From the NCBI RefSeq assembly GCF_009914755.1, contig NC_060937.1: a stretch of 64,000 bases of DNA; one strand, given 5' to 3'. A model generated the notes under the pieces. That model was given only the letters and a program-made list of their open reading frames with translations. It was not told the origin of the DNA and searched no databases. The stretch is from the human T2T-CHM13v2.0 reference genome, Homo sapiens. This document shows positions 14,282 through 26,684 of this stretch, piece by piece. Numbering within the stretch: the first letter of the stretch is position 1; each line of letters starts with the position of its first letter. The translations under genes were made by a program, and so were the position numbers.

Positions 14282-14761
14282 AAAAGTTTATGCCTATAAA
14301 ATTAACATTTTTTCACAGCACTTTTGTCTTCTGCCAATAAATTCAAAATCATTATTTTCTTTTCACATAATAATACCATGGTGAAGTTTTAAAACAAGTT
14401 ATTAGGAATTTTCAGACATTCTGCTTCAGCAATGACAATATATTTTTAATATATGGGACATGATAAACTAGATTGTTGTAAATACATAAGTAAAAATCAT
14501 GTTTATATTTTCATTCTAATTTTTCATGTTGACTCTTATTTTCCGTAGCTCATCTCAGGTTCCAATATTTGTTACGGGGAAGATTCAATGAACAAAATCA
14601 TAAATGTATTATGCTGTTTGGAATTTGATTTTCTGTAGCAAGTTATATGCTCCCGTGTCATACTTTTCCGTTTTAAAATGTGTTTGCCATTTATTTTTCA
14701 GACCAAATCAAAGGTATGAATTTACAGCTACCATATTTGCTTTTTTTCATCTACACTTTAA

Positions 14762-15610
14762 GGGGAACCCCATCAAAAAGTGGGCAAAGGATATGAACAG
14801 ACACTTCTCAAAAGAAGACATTTATGTGGCCAACAAATACATGAAAAAAGCTCAACATCATTGATCATGAGAGAAATGCAAATCAAAACCACCATGAAAT
14901 ACCATCTCATGCCAATCAGAATGGTGGTTATTAAAAAGTCAGGAAACAATAATGCTGGCGAGGCTGTGGTGAAAAAATAGGAACACTTTTACACTGTTGC
15001 TGGGAATGTAAATTAGTTCAACCATTGTGGAAGACAGTGTGGTGATTCCTCAAGGATCTAGAACCAGAAATACCATTTGACCCAGCAATCTCATTACTGG
15101 GTATATACCCAAAGGATTATAAATTATTCTCTATAAAGACACATGCACACATATATTTATTGCAGCACTATTTACAACAGCAAAGACACAGAATCAACCT
15201 AAGTGCCCATCAATGATAGACTGAATAAAGAAAATGTGGTACATATACACCAAGGAATACTATGCAGCCACAAAAAAGAATGAGATCATGTCTTTTGCAG
15301 GGACGTGGATGAATCTGGAAACCACCATCCTGAGCAAAGTAACACAGGAACAGAAAACCAAACCCCTCATGTTCTCACCCATAAGTGGGAGTTGAACATT
15401 GAGAGCACATGGACACAGAGAGGGGAACAACACACACCACAGCCTGTTGTGGGGTGAGGGGTGAGGGGAAGGAACCTAGAGGATGGGCCAATAGGTGCAG
15501 GAAACCATCATGGCACACGTATACCTATGTAACAAACCTGGACTTTCTGCACACGTATCCCATTTTTTTGTTTGTTTTTAAGAAATAAAGAAAAATAAAA
15601 AATAAAAAAA
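14762..15610 (+). mobile_element. L1PA 3' fragment (L1PA8A-like), 5'-truncated
   Basis: [22 protein letters not shown]2 peptide; 3'UTR; T-run followed by A-rich tail. Confidence 0.95.
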
Positions 15611-18325
15611 TAAGCTTTCAAACAACCAATGGTTACTTGGGAAACTACAATTTTAGTTTTCCAAAAAAACAATAACAATCTTTATCAACATAAAAAGATG
15701 CAAAATAAAATTGCATGAACATTAATGCATTAATGAAACATGCTATTTATTTATTTAAATTTTAGAGTGTGGTTAAAGTATCTTCAGATACTGCCTTTTC
15801 CATTTCTGTAAAACACTTATTTCTGAATATTTCCATTCTTCGTTCTCTTCATAATCAAACCTCTAATAGATGTATGTCTATTCCAAGCCACATCCCCATC
15901 TCCTTAAACTGTGCATTTCTATGTATGTCATGCCTGCCATCACCTGCTTTTAAATCGATTCCTTTCAGTTCTTTGTCAGTGTCATCATGTCTGTTTTCAT
16001 TATTTTTCCTTTCGGGGGCCTTCTTGTTGCAATGGTTAAAACTTTGCTATTTTTCTTCTTTTCTACAGTCTTCACCTAATCTCTGAGGTCAGATGTGAGA
16101 AAAAGAGTTGGTTCTTCTGGTTTCAGATATTTACTTTCCTAGTTATATACAAATAATCTCTTCCATATTACCTTTTTTCCCTAACAGTAATGCAATCATA
16201 GCAATGAATATTTTTCTCCCTCCTGTAAATTTGTATGTTTTGAAGCATCTGTAAAAAGATTCAGACTAGACAGCCACTGTTATACCATGCAGTGAGTAGG
16301 TAGGTTGCCCTGATGTCAGCTCCACCAAGACTGTCCATGATGGGTGAGAAAATAAAAACCAGTCTGTGTTGCTAAAACAGAATGATGATTTTTGTCAAAA
16401 ACTATATTATTTCACTATTATCCACCACTGACTAAAATACAGATATAACCTGATTATTTAAACTCAGGACTCTGCCGTTTGACTTCCATTTTTTCTTATT
16501 GTCTGATATACTTCACTGACTTCACTGGATTCTAAGTATTAAAATCTGTCCACACCTAATGAGCATTCTCCATTCCTAGTAGGATGCTAGCTAGTAAGAT
16601 TGAATTACTGGCTCAATCAATAGCCATCCTTATGAATTTCAAGTCATATTAGCATTCATTTGCTTTATTGTCCAGTATTTTTTTATTATTCTCTCAGGCC
16701 TTGATTAAAACAGTTCCAGAAAACTTCATGATAAACTTGCTAAAACTCACTTTTTACTTTCAAGATTTAGAAAATCATAATCATGAATCACTTCTCACTT
16801 ATTCTATATAGTGCAAATAAATCTGATAGCTGGAATGAATTCATTCCCCAGCTCCTACTCAACTATTTAAAGGCAAATACTACTTCTCATTCATCCTTTA
16901 TATATATATTCTACAAAAATTCACTTTAAATATATTTGTCAGATTTAGAATAAAGTTAAGTATGAAACGGCTTTTCTGAAATTTTTTATGCAGAATGAAA
17001 AAACAAGACACCATGGGGCTCTGTGTGCCTTAACTGAAGCATTTCTGAAAGCCAGGATATTACCATACAGCATTTTTTCCAATTTGGCATTTCTTCTTGT
17101 TGAAACTATTTTATCTACCTCTACTATTCCTCATAATTTTTTTTTCAGAATCTTTGATCAGGTGCCTAATATGCCCCAAGATTAATAGAGTAATTCTGTA
17201 TTACCTGCTGTTTTCCTTTTCTAACAATTTCATGCTACTATCCATTGTACTCATGAAATAAAAGGCATGAATTCAAAGAGTAAGACTAGAGTTAGCTTTG
17301 GAGAGAATTTAGAAGACAGAAGATCCTGAACATGGAAAAAAGTGAGAATACAATCCTGAATATCAGAAAGCTAATCACAATAAAGAAGATACACGTAAAA
17401 CACTTCTCAGTGGCTGCTCTGAGAACAAGGATGAGGAGGAGAACAACAGATGCAAATCAGGATTCACAGAAAGGCTTGGGGGATTTTGTGTGTGCCAGAG
17501 GACAAAACAATAAAGAAAGAATAGGCAGGAGCTATGAATTTTGAATACAAACGTGCTCCTTCAGTATATGAACTAAATTTTGGAAACAGTAAAAGAAATT
17601 CAGCTGGCTTTAAGGCATTTGTTTTTTTGTTTTCAGCAAACAATAAATCGATCAATGGCAAATTGAAGGTAAGATTTACAACCCTATTTGAAATGACTGA
17701 AGACTGCCCCTCTCCAGTATTAGTTTCATTTTGACTTTATTTCCATCCAGGAATCTGTCATTTTCTTCTTTTTATAGCCAGAATGCTTTTTACCTATATC
17801 TCCAATACAGGTTCTAAAATCATTCAAATTCATGGGTCATCAGTGACCCTCAAACATGGAGAGATTATACTTGGGAAGAAAAGTAAAATTATTGATCTCT
17901 GCTTTTAAAAAAAGCCAAATATGAAGCAGCAATGCATAGAGTTATAAAGATGCATGTTAATCTTCATCATACCTGGTCTTGATTATTTGTGTTACAGCGC
18001 TACTTGGACAATGGATTTATTTCACATCAGTATATTTTCAATAATTAAAAAAGAGAAGACTATTCATTCATTCATTCACTAATTCCAACACACAAATATA
18101 TTTTTTTTTCCTGGAACATAAATGAAAATAGTCACTTATGTATTACAATTCATCAGTTCACAATACAAATAATAGTAACAATCCACCTCACTGCCGGGAA
18201 TATTGTTAATTTTTAATAAGATAACATATACAAAAATATGCTTCTAAACTCCAAAGGACTATGTGGAATATTGGGGATTCTTATATTTTAAGAGCTGTCT
18301 TTTCCTAAAATAAATGTAAGACTAC

Positions 18326-19139
18326 CAGTGCCAGCTACGTGATGTGCAGGACTTAGCACAAAATGAAAACATAGGAGCCTTCATTCAAAAATAAGGCAAA
18401 CATTGTCATTAAAAATACTAAAATATAAAACATTTTTATTTCTTCGCTCATCTCTTGACTTGTCACTTTGGTTTTTTATTTGTTATTTAATGGTATTTTT
18501 CTTTGAATACAACGATACTTGTAGAGCGAGTATAGACCCTCACAGGTGCACAGGGGCCCCACGTTGTGACTCCTTGTTGGTATACACTTAGTACCTGGGT
18601 CAGAGCGAGCAAGCATGAGCAAGAGACGTACACCATTGAGTTCTCCGCCTAGAGTCTTCGGCACTGGCAGCCCAGGGTTAGGATGGACGCTGCTAGAGTG
18701 TCCTACCCCAAAATGTTGCTGGCTCTGTGCACCATTTCCCCATCTTCCGTGGGCCTGCACTCATGTCCTAGAGATGAAAGAAAGTGGGCCTACCTAACCA
18801 CTATCCCCCTTGCTACTGTGCCTCTTCCTCCTTCAAGGAGGATGCCCAAGGATGGGTGGGCAGAGGAATGCAGGAGGCCAGGAGAGCCCTGTGCCACCAA
18901 GACTCTGGAAGCAGCCAGAACCTATCCTGCACAGACAGGGAGAGACAGGAGGCTGGATCATGTATGAGCAAAGCCACCCACGCAGGCAACCTCGTTCTAT
19001 CAGATTTTATTCACAACATACAAATTCAGAGATAAATTAGAAAGAACTACTAAACAGCAACCATTGAATATTCAATTCTTATCTTTGGAATAGAGTTCTG
19101 TGCCAATGCACTGATCCCACACCTATGAAGCCATCCCTG
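18326..19139 (+). mobile_element. MER45-family (MER45B-like) hAT-Tip100 DNA transposon
   Basis: termini cagtgccagctac...caaaatgaaaacataggagcc and ...cacacctatgaagccatccctg; degenerate 8-bp TSD aagactac/atggctat; GC-richer interior. Confidence 0.7.
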
Positions 19140-19229
19140 ATGGCTATCTCAAATGCATCATGTGAAAGCAACAGGAATGCTCTTTGCAATGAAAGTCAGC
19201 TGGACTCTATGTATTGATCAATATAGTCA

Positions 19230-19571
<342 letters not shown>

Positions 19572-20425
19572 CTAGAGTAGTTACATTTACTTCAGTTTTA
19601 AAAAATAACTAATTAAAAGAACTTGGACAAGTCCATTATTTTTATATTGTTCTTTCTTAATGGATATCACCACTTCTATCCCTAATAGGAATCTCTTGTA
19701 GTTAGTGTAAAATGATAGAAATTGCAGCATTAAGGAAACTGTACTATAATGAAGTGAATTTTTTTAGCTATGGAAATGTTTGTAATTAAAAATAACTATA
19801 CTAATAAACTATTAGAAGGAATATAATAAACTCTGTCACCGAGTTATCTATCGACTTAAAAGGGAATTTCTTATATTACAATAAAACTTTGATTAACAGT
19901 TTTAGTAATGACTATGCTCCAAGGTTATTTATTGCCTCCTCAAAATATTTTTAATCGTGTTTAATAGCATTTTAGTTTTTAAAATTATTTTGCTATGCAT
20001 TGTAATTGCTTATGTAGCTTTCAAAAATGGATAATAGTTATATGGCATAACAATTACAAAATCTAGAATGTATCAAACTATTATTATTGAATATTTGTCG
20101 AATGTGAAGTGAGTTTTGAAATACATTAACCACATAAATCTAATAAAAATAAGTTAGCAAAATCTAATATGTGGTACAGTGACTGCTTTGTAAAAGACAT
20201 TCCAAAAATATTTGATGTATATAAAAGGAAACAGAAAAATGTTAATCTGTAAAGACATTAAAATCAGGTAAATAAAAAAATATATAGATGGAGACCACTT
20301 AACAACTTTAAAAATGTTATTTTTTTCTAAACATTTAATAACACTAACTACAAGAATATTTTTCTATTACGAATTTAAAAATTCCATCCAATTCCCCAGA
20401 AAAGTTTAGAATAAACTAGCTCAAT

Positions 20426-20926
20426 AAGAGGAGAGAAGGAAAAAAAAAAGATTTATAGAAAATGGTTTATAGAATGAAATAAAAGTAGGCTGGTAACGAT
20501 GAAAGCTATTAATCAATTGAGAACTAGGCAAGGGAAAAACTGGAATGGCAGATCCTATTCACTTTATGGATCAAGTTACAATGTTTGGGAAGCATTCAAA
20601 CAGCAATGGAAATTTATGGACAGACTTTAAGCAGGAAAGTTACGTATTTATTTTTGTGAAGTTACTCCAACTGCTTTTGGAAAGTGCATTAGAGTGGCTC
20701 AAAGGAAGAATTGAAAACACGATGGCTAAGTGAGTTTATTTTGCAGTAGTTTAGGAGATATGTTGGATTCTCTGATAAAGTAGTTAGTAAAAGAAATAGC
20801 AGGAGATTGGCTGAATCAATAAATGTTTTGAGTTAGAATTGCTGTCTGTTAATTTTGTGAAAGTAAAGCACCAGCAAAAAATGACTACTCGTGTATAGTA
20901 TGATCAACTGAGTGTATGGAGGTGTT
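20426..20926 (-). repeat. Inverted-repeat left arm (501 bp; duplicated L2-derived sequence)
   Basis: reverse complement of 22073-22572; I found 2 substitutions and one 1-bp poly-A indel; identical 62-aa ORFs in the ORF track. Confidence 0.97.
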
Positions 20927-20984
20927 GTTGTCCTCTTATTGTTATTATTACTCTTATAATTATTTTAATTATGAAATATAATTG

Positions 20985-21110
20985 AATAGTGGAAAGAATA
21001 TGAGATTCAGAATCTGACAAGTTAGCTCTGATTCCCTACTCTGTCATGTATTTTTATGTGATATTGAACAAGCCACCTAATTTCTGAGATGTAAATTCTT
21101 CATTAATCCA
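20985..21110 (+). mobile_element. MIR fragment in the inverted-repeat spacer
   Basis: agtggaaagaatatgag...gtgatattgaacaagccacctaatttctgag. Confidence 0.55.
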
Positions 21111-21257
21111 AAATATTAATCCATTTAACTTTTGAGCTAGTTTTGAAATTCACATATGTTTATAGGTTTTAAATAAATATCATTAAATTTTTGTGCAACT
21201 TTCCACAACCATAGGAAATGCCTATAAAAATAATGCCCATAAAAATAAAAATCAGTC

Positions 21258-21380
21258 CCTGGGAGGTGGAGGTTGCAGTGGGCCAAGATTGCACCACTGT
21301 ACCCCAGCTTGGGCAACAAGAGTAGAACTCCGTCTCAAAAAAAAAAAAAAAAAAAGAATTAAAAAATAAATAAAAAAATA
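21258..21380 (+). mobile_element. Severely 5'-truncated Alu (Sp/Sq-like right-arm end)
   Basis: gggaggtggaggttgcagtg...ggcaacaagagtagaactccgtctc plus A-tail; TSD aaataaaaat(c/t)agtc. Confidence 0.92.
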
Positions 21381-21989
21381 AATAAAAATTAGTCTTCACA
21401 TATGCTTAAAAGAAAATAATATTGCGATTTTTCATTTCTCATCTTTTCTCCCATAACACAATTTTGATACATATCTCAAACATGAATGTCTTGGTATAAA
21501 TACATATTTTCATGAGACATGAGAAAAGGTAGTCAAAAAATGATTTGGTTTGTGTTTTTCACATAATTTCATGCCCTATGCTACAATGAATTGTGGATAA
21601 AAATCATTAAAGTCTACTTCAAACTCATTGTACATGGCTCATAAAAAGTACTTACTGTTTGGATCTAATTCTCAGAATGATCATTCTGGTAATCCTAAAT
21701 CTAATAGAAACTCAATAGCCAGCCCTAGTAAATAAGGCAATTAATAGTTGATAAATGAAGATCAGGCATTATTCTACTTTGAATTTTCAATCCATTGCTA
21801 TAACCATACTCTAAAATTTATTATTTTATAAATCACAATAAACTAGGTAGTCATTTGCCCCATGTGAATCAAGATTAATCTAAAGTATTATATGTTATCA
21901 AATAATATTCTTGTATATGTTTAAACATTTTACTAATGTAATATTTACTAGAGGGATGTTACCACAAATTTTCCTCATCTTTCTGATCC

Positions 21990-22639
21990 CCATGTAAATT
22001 TCTTAACACGTCCAAAATAATAGTGTTTATTTCCTCTAAATTCTTCCTCCATTGTTTCAAAATCAATTTAAAAACACCTCCATACACTCAGTTGATCATA
22101 CTACACACAAGTAGTCATTTTTTGCTGGTGCTTTACTTTCACAAAATTAACAGACAGCAATTCTAACTCAAAACATTTATTGATTCAGCCAATCTCCTGC
22201 TATTTCTTTTACTAACTACTTTATCAGAGAATCCAACATATCTCCTAAACTACTGCAAAATAAACTCACTTAGCCATCGTGTTTTCAATTCTTCCTTTGA
22301 GCCACTCTAATGCACTTTCCAAAAGCAGTTGGAGTAACTTCACAAAAATAAATACGTAACTTTCCTGCTTAAAGTCTGTCCATAAATTTCCATTGCTGTT
22401 TGAATGCTTCCCAAACATTGTAACTTGATCCATAAAGTGAATAGGATCTGCCATTCCAGTTTTTCCCTTGCCTAGTTCTCAATTGATTAATAGCTTTCAT
22501 CGTTACCAGCCTACTTTTATTTCATTCTATAAACCATTTTCTATAAATCTTTTTTTTTCCTTCTCTCCTCTTTCTTTCCCTCCTCCACTCAATGCTTGGT
22601 ATAGTCTATTTTTGCTTTCTGGAATCTAATACACTACTC
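21990..22639 (+). mobile_element. Ancient L2 fragment containing the right arm
   Basis: ttaacacgtccaaaa, atctcctaaactactgcaa, tttcctgcttaaa...ccattgc resemble L2 consensus in the expected order; highly diverged. Confidence 0.65.
22073..22572 (+). repeat. Inverted-repeat right arm (500 bp)
   Basis: reverse complement of 20426-20926; paired coordinates sum to 42999 across the core. Confidence 0.97.
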
Positions 22640-22937
22640 CAGCATTCCCCAACCTTTTTTGGCACCAGGGACTGGTTTTATGGAAGACAATTTTTCCATG
22701 GATGGTGAGTGGGTGGGATGATTTCTGGATGAAGCTGTTTCCACCTCAGATATCAGGCAAGCAGAGTTCACAACAGGGTTTGTGCTCCTAGGAAAATCTA
22801 ATGCCACCACTGACCTGACAGGAGGCGGAGCTCAGGCAGTAATGCTGGTTCCTGCCGCTCACCTCCTGCTGTGCAGCCCAGTTCATAACAGGGCACGGAC
22901 TGGTACCAGTCCCAGCCTACCAGCCTAGGTAGCCCCT
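22640..22937 (+). mobile_element. MER1B hAT-Charlie DNA transposon
   Basis: ccccaacctttttggcaccagggactggtttt-like start; gacaggaggcggagctcaggcagtaatgc. Confidence 0.9.
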
Positions 22938-23559
22938 TACAGCACTTACCTCAATTTGAATTTATATGTCAAACAAAGTGGCCATATCTTAAAATAGGTA
23001 CTCTTGCCACAATGGCAACTAAAGATTCTATTTAGGTCAACATTTACCTTCACTGCCCATCATATAATCTGTTTGTTAAATATTTTTAAATAATTAAATG
23101 AAGCCTAACAGTGGGATGACCATATATTCATGGGGAACAATTTGAAATTATTGTGCCCAATTTCATTTTATTGAAGTTGAACAAATAAAAAACTCAGGTT
23201 TAAGTGAGTCACCTGGGTCGTGAAATTAATGTTACTGGGATATGTAACAATTAAACATTACTTTGCTTGAATTGAAACTGGTATAAATCACGATATTTTC
23301 ATATTTTAACTCATAAAGTTCTTTAATTATTGTTTGTAATCAAGTCCCCACTAAATTACTAAATTTAACACACATTCGATATCACACAATTTCAAGCATA
23401 ATATCCAACAATAAAATAACAATTTAAACATTAGTCGAATGAATACTTGAGTCTCAAAACACATATCGTGCAGAGTACTTTTCCCAAAATAACAATTTAG
23501 TAATCTTATATTGTTTCCAAATAATATTTTTCATTCCAGTAAAGCAAATTATATTATTC

Positions 23560-24600
23560 CATATAGTTCCAGATTTTGAAAACATCCTCACCACAAAGAT
23601 TCCTTGTGTTACTTTTTATAGCTATGTCCATTTACCTCCTGCTCCCATTCCTCCTTTAGCCCTGGTAACAACGAATATTTTACTCCTTTATATAGTATTG
23701 TCCTTTGAAAAACGTTATAGAAATGGAATTAAAAATTGCAGGATTGACTTCTTCTCCCTACTCAGGAGACGGCTCATTCAGATTATTGTACGTATCAACA
23801 GTGTGTTCCATGTGAATGCCAAGTTATAGTACATAACATGGATGTACCAATGTATTCATCTGTTGAAGAACATCTGGATTAATTTCAGTTTTGACTACTA
23901 TAAATAAATCTGCTATAAATATTCGTATATAGGTTACTACGTGAACATAAGTCAGTCTTTCTCTAGGGTAAACACCCAGAAATGGTGTGATGTGGTCGTT
24001 GCATGTTTAACGTCATGAAGATCTGCTGTGCTGTGCTCCAGAGGGGATGTACCATTGCATATCTCCACTAGCAATGTATGAATAATCCAGTTTCCCCCTC
24101 TTCTCACCATCAGTATGTGTAATTACTATTGTTCATTTTAGTTACTCTGTCATGATCTCTTATTTTACATTTTATTAATATTTCCTTAATTGGTAATCAT
24201 GTTGAACATCTTTTCACAGGTTTATTTGTCATTTACGTATATTTTTTGGTGAAATGTCTGCAACTCATTACTTTCTCATTTTCTATCTTCCTAACAGAAT
24301 TTTTCACAGTAAAAGTTAATCTTGATAGACTCCAATTTATGAAAATTTCCTTTTATAGAAAGTTTTTGGGTGTCAAGTCTAAGACCTCTTTGCCTAGCTT
24401 TAAATCCATTTTTTAATTTCATTTTAGTTTTAAGTTCTCATTTATATGTGATTCATTTTTGATTTATTTTATTTATAAGGTGCAAGACTTAGATTGAGCT
24501 TTATTCTGTCCCCTTCTGAATGTTCAATTGCTTGAGAGCCATTTATTGGAAAAGTTAACTTTTCTCTGTTGAATTGCCATGGAAAAGTTGATCTGAAGAT
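23560..24600 (-). mobile_element. Old L1M fragment
   Basis: ctgttgaagaacatctgg...aataaatctgctataaatattcgtat...atctccactagcaatgtatg; boundaries approximate. Confidence 0.7.
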
Positions 24601-25034
24601 AGAAATGATAGATCTTTCTCTCAAAAATTTGGGGAGAGAGGCAAGGAACAAAAACACCAAACTTCACCTACTGGTACCTGCACAATTGAACGTTTCTCTG
24701 AACTTCAGCTACCGGTCTGTACAGAATTGAACCTTTATCTGTACACTTGAATGTCTTTGACTCTACTCTGCACAGGAAGGTAAAGGGCACCCCTACATCA
24801 GTAGATAGCTGGACTGTTTATTGCGGTTGACTGTGCAGTTGATAGGGAACAACTGAAAACTGTGAATAAGTTCTTAGTGAGAGGCTCAGTCTTGGTGTCA
24901 ACTTAGAAAAATGTGTAGCAAGAAATAACAAATTAGAGTAAAACTGCGTAAAATATTCTATCCTTCATCAAAACTATTTAATTATTCTACCATAGGGGTT
25001 ACACTTTTAGTGCATGTTTTCAAAGCAAACTTAG

Positions 25035-25037
<3 letters not shown>

Positions 25038-25071
<34 letters not shown>
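25038..25071. repeat. (GT)17 microsatellite
   Basis: perfect run. Confidence 0.97.
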
Positions 25072-25072
<1 letters not shown>

Positions 25073-25841
25073 TTCTTTAGGACAAATAAATATAAACAAG
25101 GGATATAGCAGCATAGTTAAATCACTCCCTGTCATTACACCATAAGCACTATGAAAGTAAAATATGAGACTGATTTCCACTGAGTTCCTACTACCTGAGA
25201 TAATGGCATATACTTGACGCATAAGGAATACATATTGGTATTTTTAAATTGTATTTATTTATTTTTTTAATGTGCAATGATCGGTACTCTGAAGTCTGAA
25301 CATGTATTGTTGAAAGAATGAAATTAAATTATATATTTGGGAAAAAAGTGTTTCTTTTTTGCTTTTCTTACAATATAATTTATAACAATGCAAATAAAAC
25401 CCTTGGTTGACTATTAAACATAGATTAGTTCTTAAAAGACCTTTCAGATTCCTGCTTGGAATATTTCTGCTTCTTCTTATTTTGACACAGTTCATATTGC
25501 ATAAACTCCCAAAGCAGAATTATATTTTTTAAACTTTCAAGATTGAATGCATAAAAAAATTATCATAATAAAGCTCTATTTTAGATGACTATAACTAATG
25601 ATATTCAATAGAAGAATATATATATTTTTCTTGATTTCAAAGCACCTTCAAAAATGTTATTTAGGTGTTTTTAAAAATTATAATTTCTTGAACATCTGAT
25701 GATTAGATGGGGAAAAATTTGTCAGTTAACTCCCTGTTTTCTATTTTCTCATTTTGTTTCTATTTTTTTGCACTACGAAGCAACTGCAAAGCACCCCTTA
25801 ACACCTTTGAACACATGCTATTATTTTGAGTCACAAAAATA

Positions 25842-25878
25842 TTAGGTTGTTGCAAACGTAATTGCAGTTTTTGCCATT
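25842..25878. mobile_element. MADE1/Hsmar1 terminal inverted repeat half
   Basis: ttaggttgttgcaaacgtaattgcagtttttgccatt resembles the Hsmar1 TIR. Confidence 0.8.
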
Positions 25879-25891
25879 TTTAGTTATATTG

Positions 25892-26221
25892 TTTTCTTTT
25901 TCTTTTTTTTTTTTTTTTTTGAGACTGTGTCTCGCTCTGTCGCCCAGGCTAGAGTGCAGGGGCACGAACTTGGCTCACTTCAACCTCCACAGGTTCAATC
26001 ACTTGAACCTCCTGGGTTCAAGCGATTCTCTTGTCTTAGCGCCACAAGTAGCTGGGAGTACAGGCGTGCACCACCACACCCGGCTAGTTTTTGTATTTTT
26101 TAATAGAAGCGGGGTTTTGCCATGGTGGCCAGGCTGGTCTCAAACTCCTGACCTCAGGTTATCCACCTGCCTCGGCCTCCCAAAGTGCTGGGATTACAAG
26201 TGTAAGCCACCACACCCGACC
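25892..26221 (-). mobile_element. AluS (Sx/Sz-like) with a small hairpin insertion
   Basis: poly-T, gagactgtgtctcgctctgtcgccc...cctgacctcagg... Confidence 0.95.
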
Positions 26222-26620
26222 TATATTGTGTTTTAATAGAATAATATTTCATTAGCATTAGATATGTTCCAAACAAAAAAATAATTCAACTACAATAAAT
26301 TAATTGGGGTTGAAAATTAGCTAAATTTCAAGTATAGTGAAGTAGTATAGCTTTAATACAAACTGAGTAATTTTGAATACTTTTACTTAGTAGTGAAGTG
26401 ATCAATCAAGGAAAATATCAGAAAAATATAGTCTTCCAAATATTGAATATAAACTTTCGGTTTAAATTATCATAGTGCACTGGGTTTAGGGCAGCTGCTT
26501 CCAACAGTTCTAAAATATACCCCAAGAAGTGCTAAAAAGTAGTGGATCTGAGTTTTTCCCTAATGAAAATAATATGGAATTTTTTCCCTCAAGGGATGTT
26601 AACACACAAAGACATGCACA

Positions 26621-26640
26621 TAGATAGATGATAGATAGAT

Positions 26641-26684
<44 letters not shown>
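26621..26684. repeat. (GATA)n tetranucleotide STR
   Basis: tagatagatgatagatagattagatagata... run. Confidence 0.95.

Noticed and set aside
18476-19040. GC-richer patch with overlapping ORFs as an exon or CpG island
   Set aside because: It lies within MER45-like termini, the ORFs overlap in several frames with no recognisable protein, and CpG density is low.
20545-22454. Two identical 62-aa ORFs (20545-20733 + and 22266-22454 -) as a duplicated small gene
   Set aside because: They follow from the inverted duplication, lie antisense to L2-derived sequence, and have no recognisable domain or gene structure.
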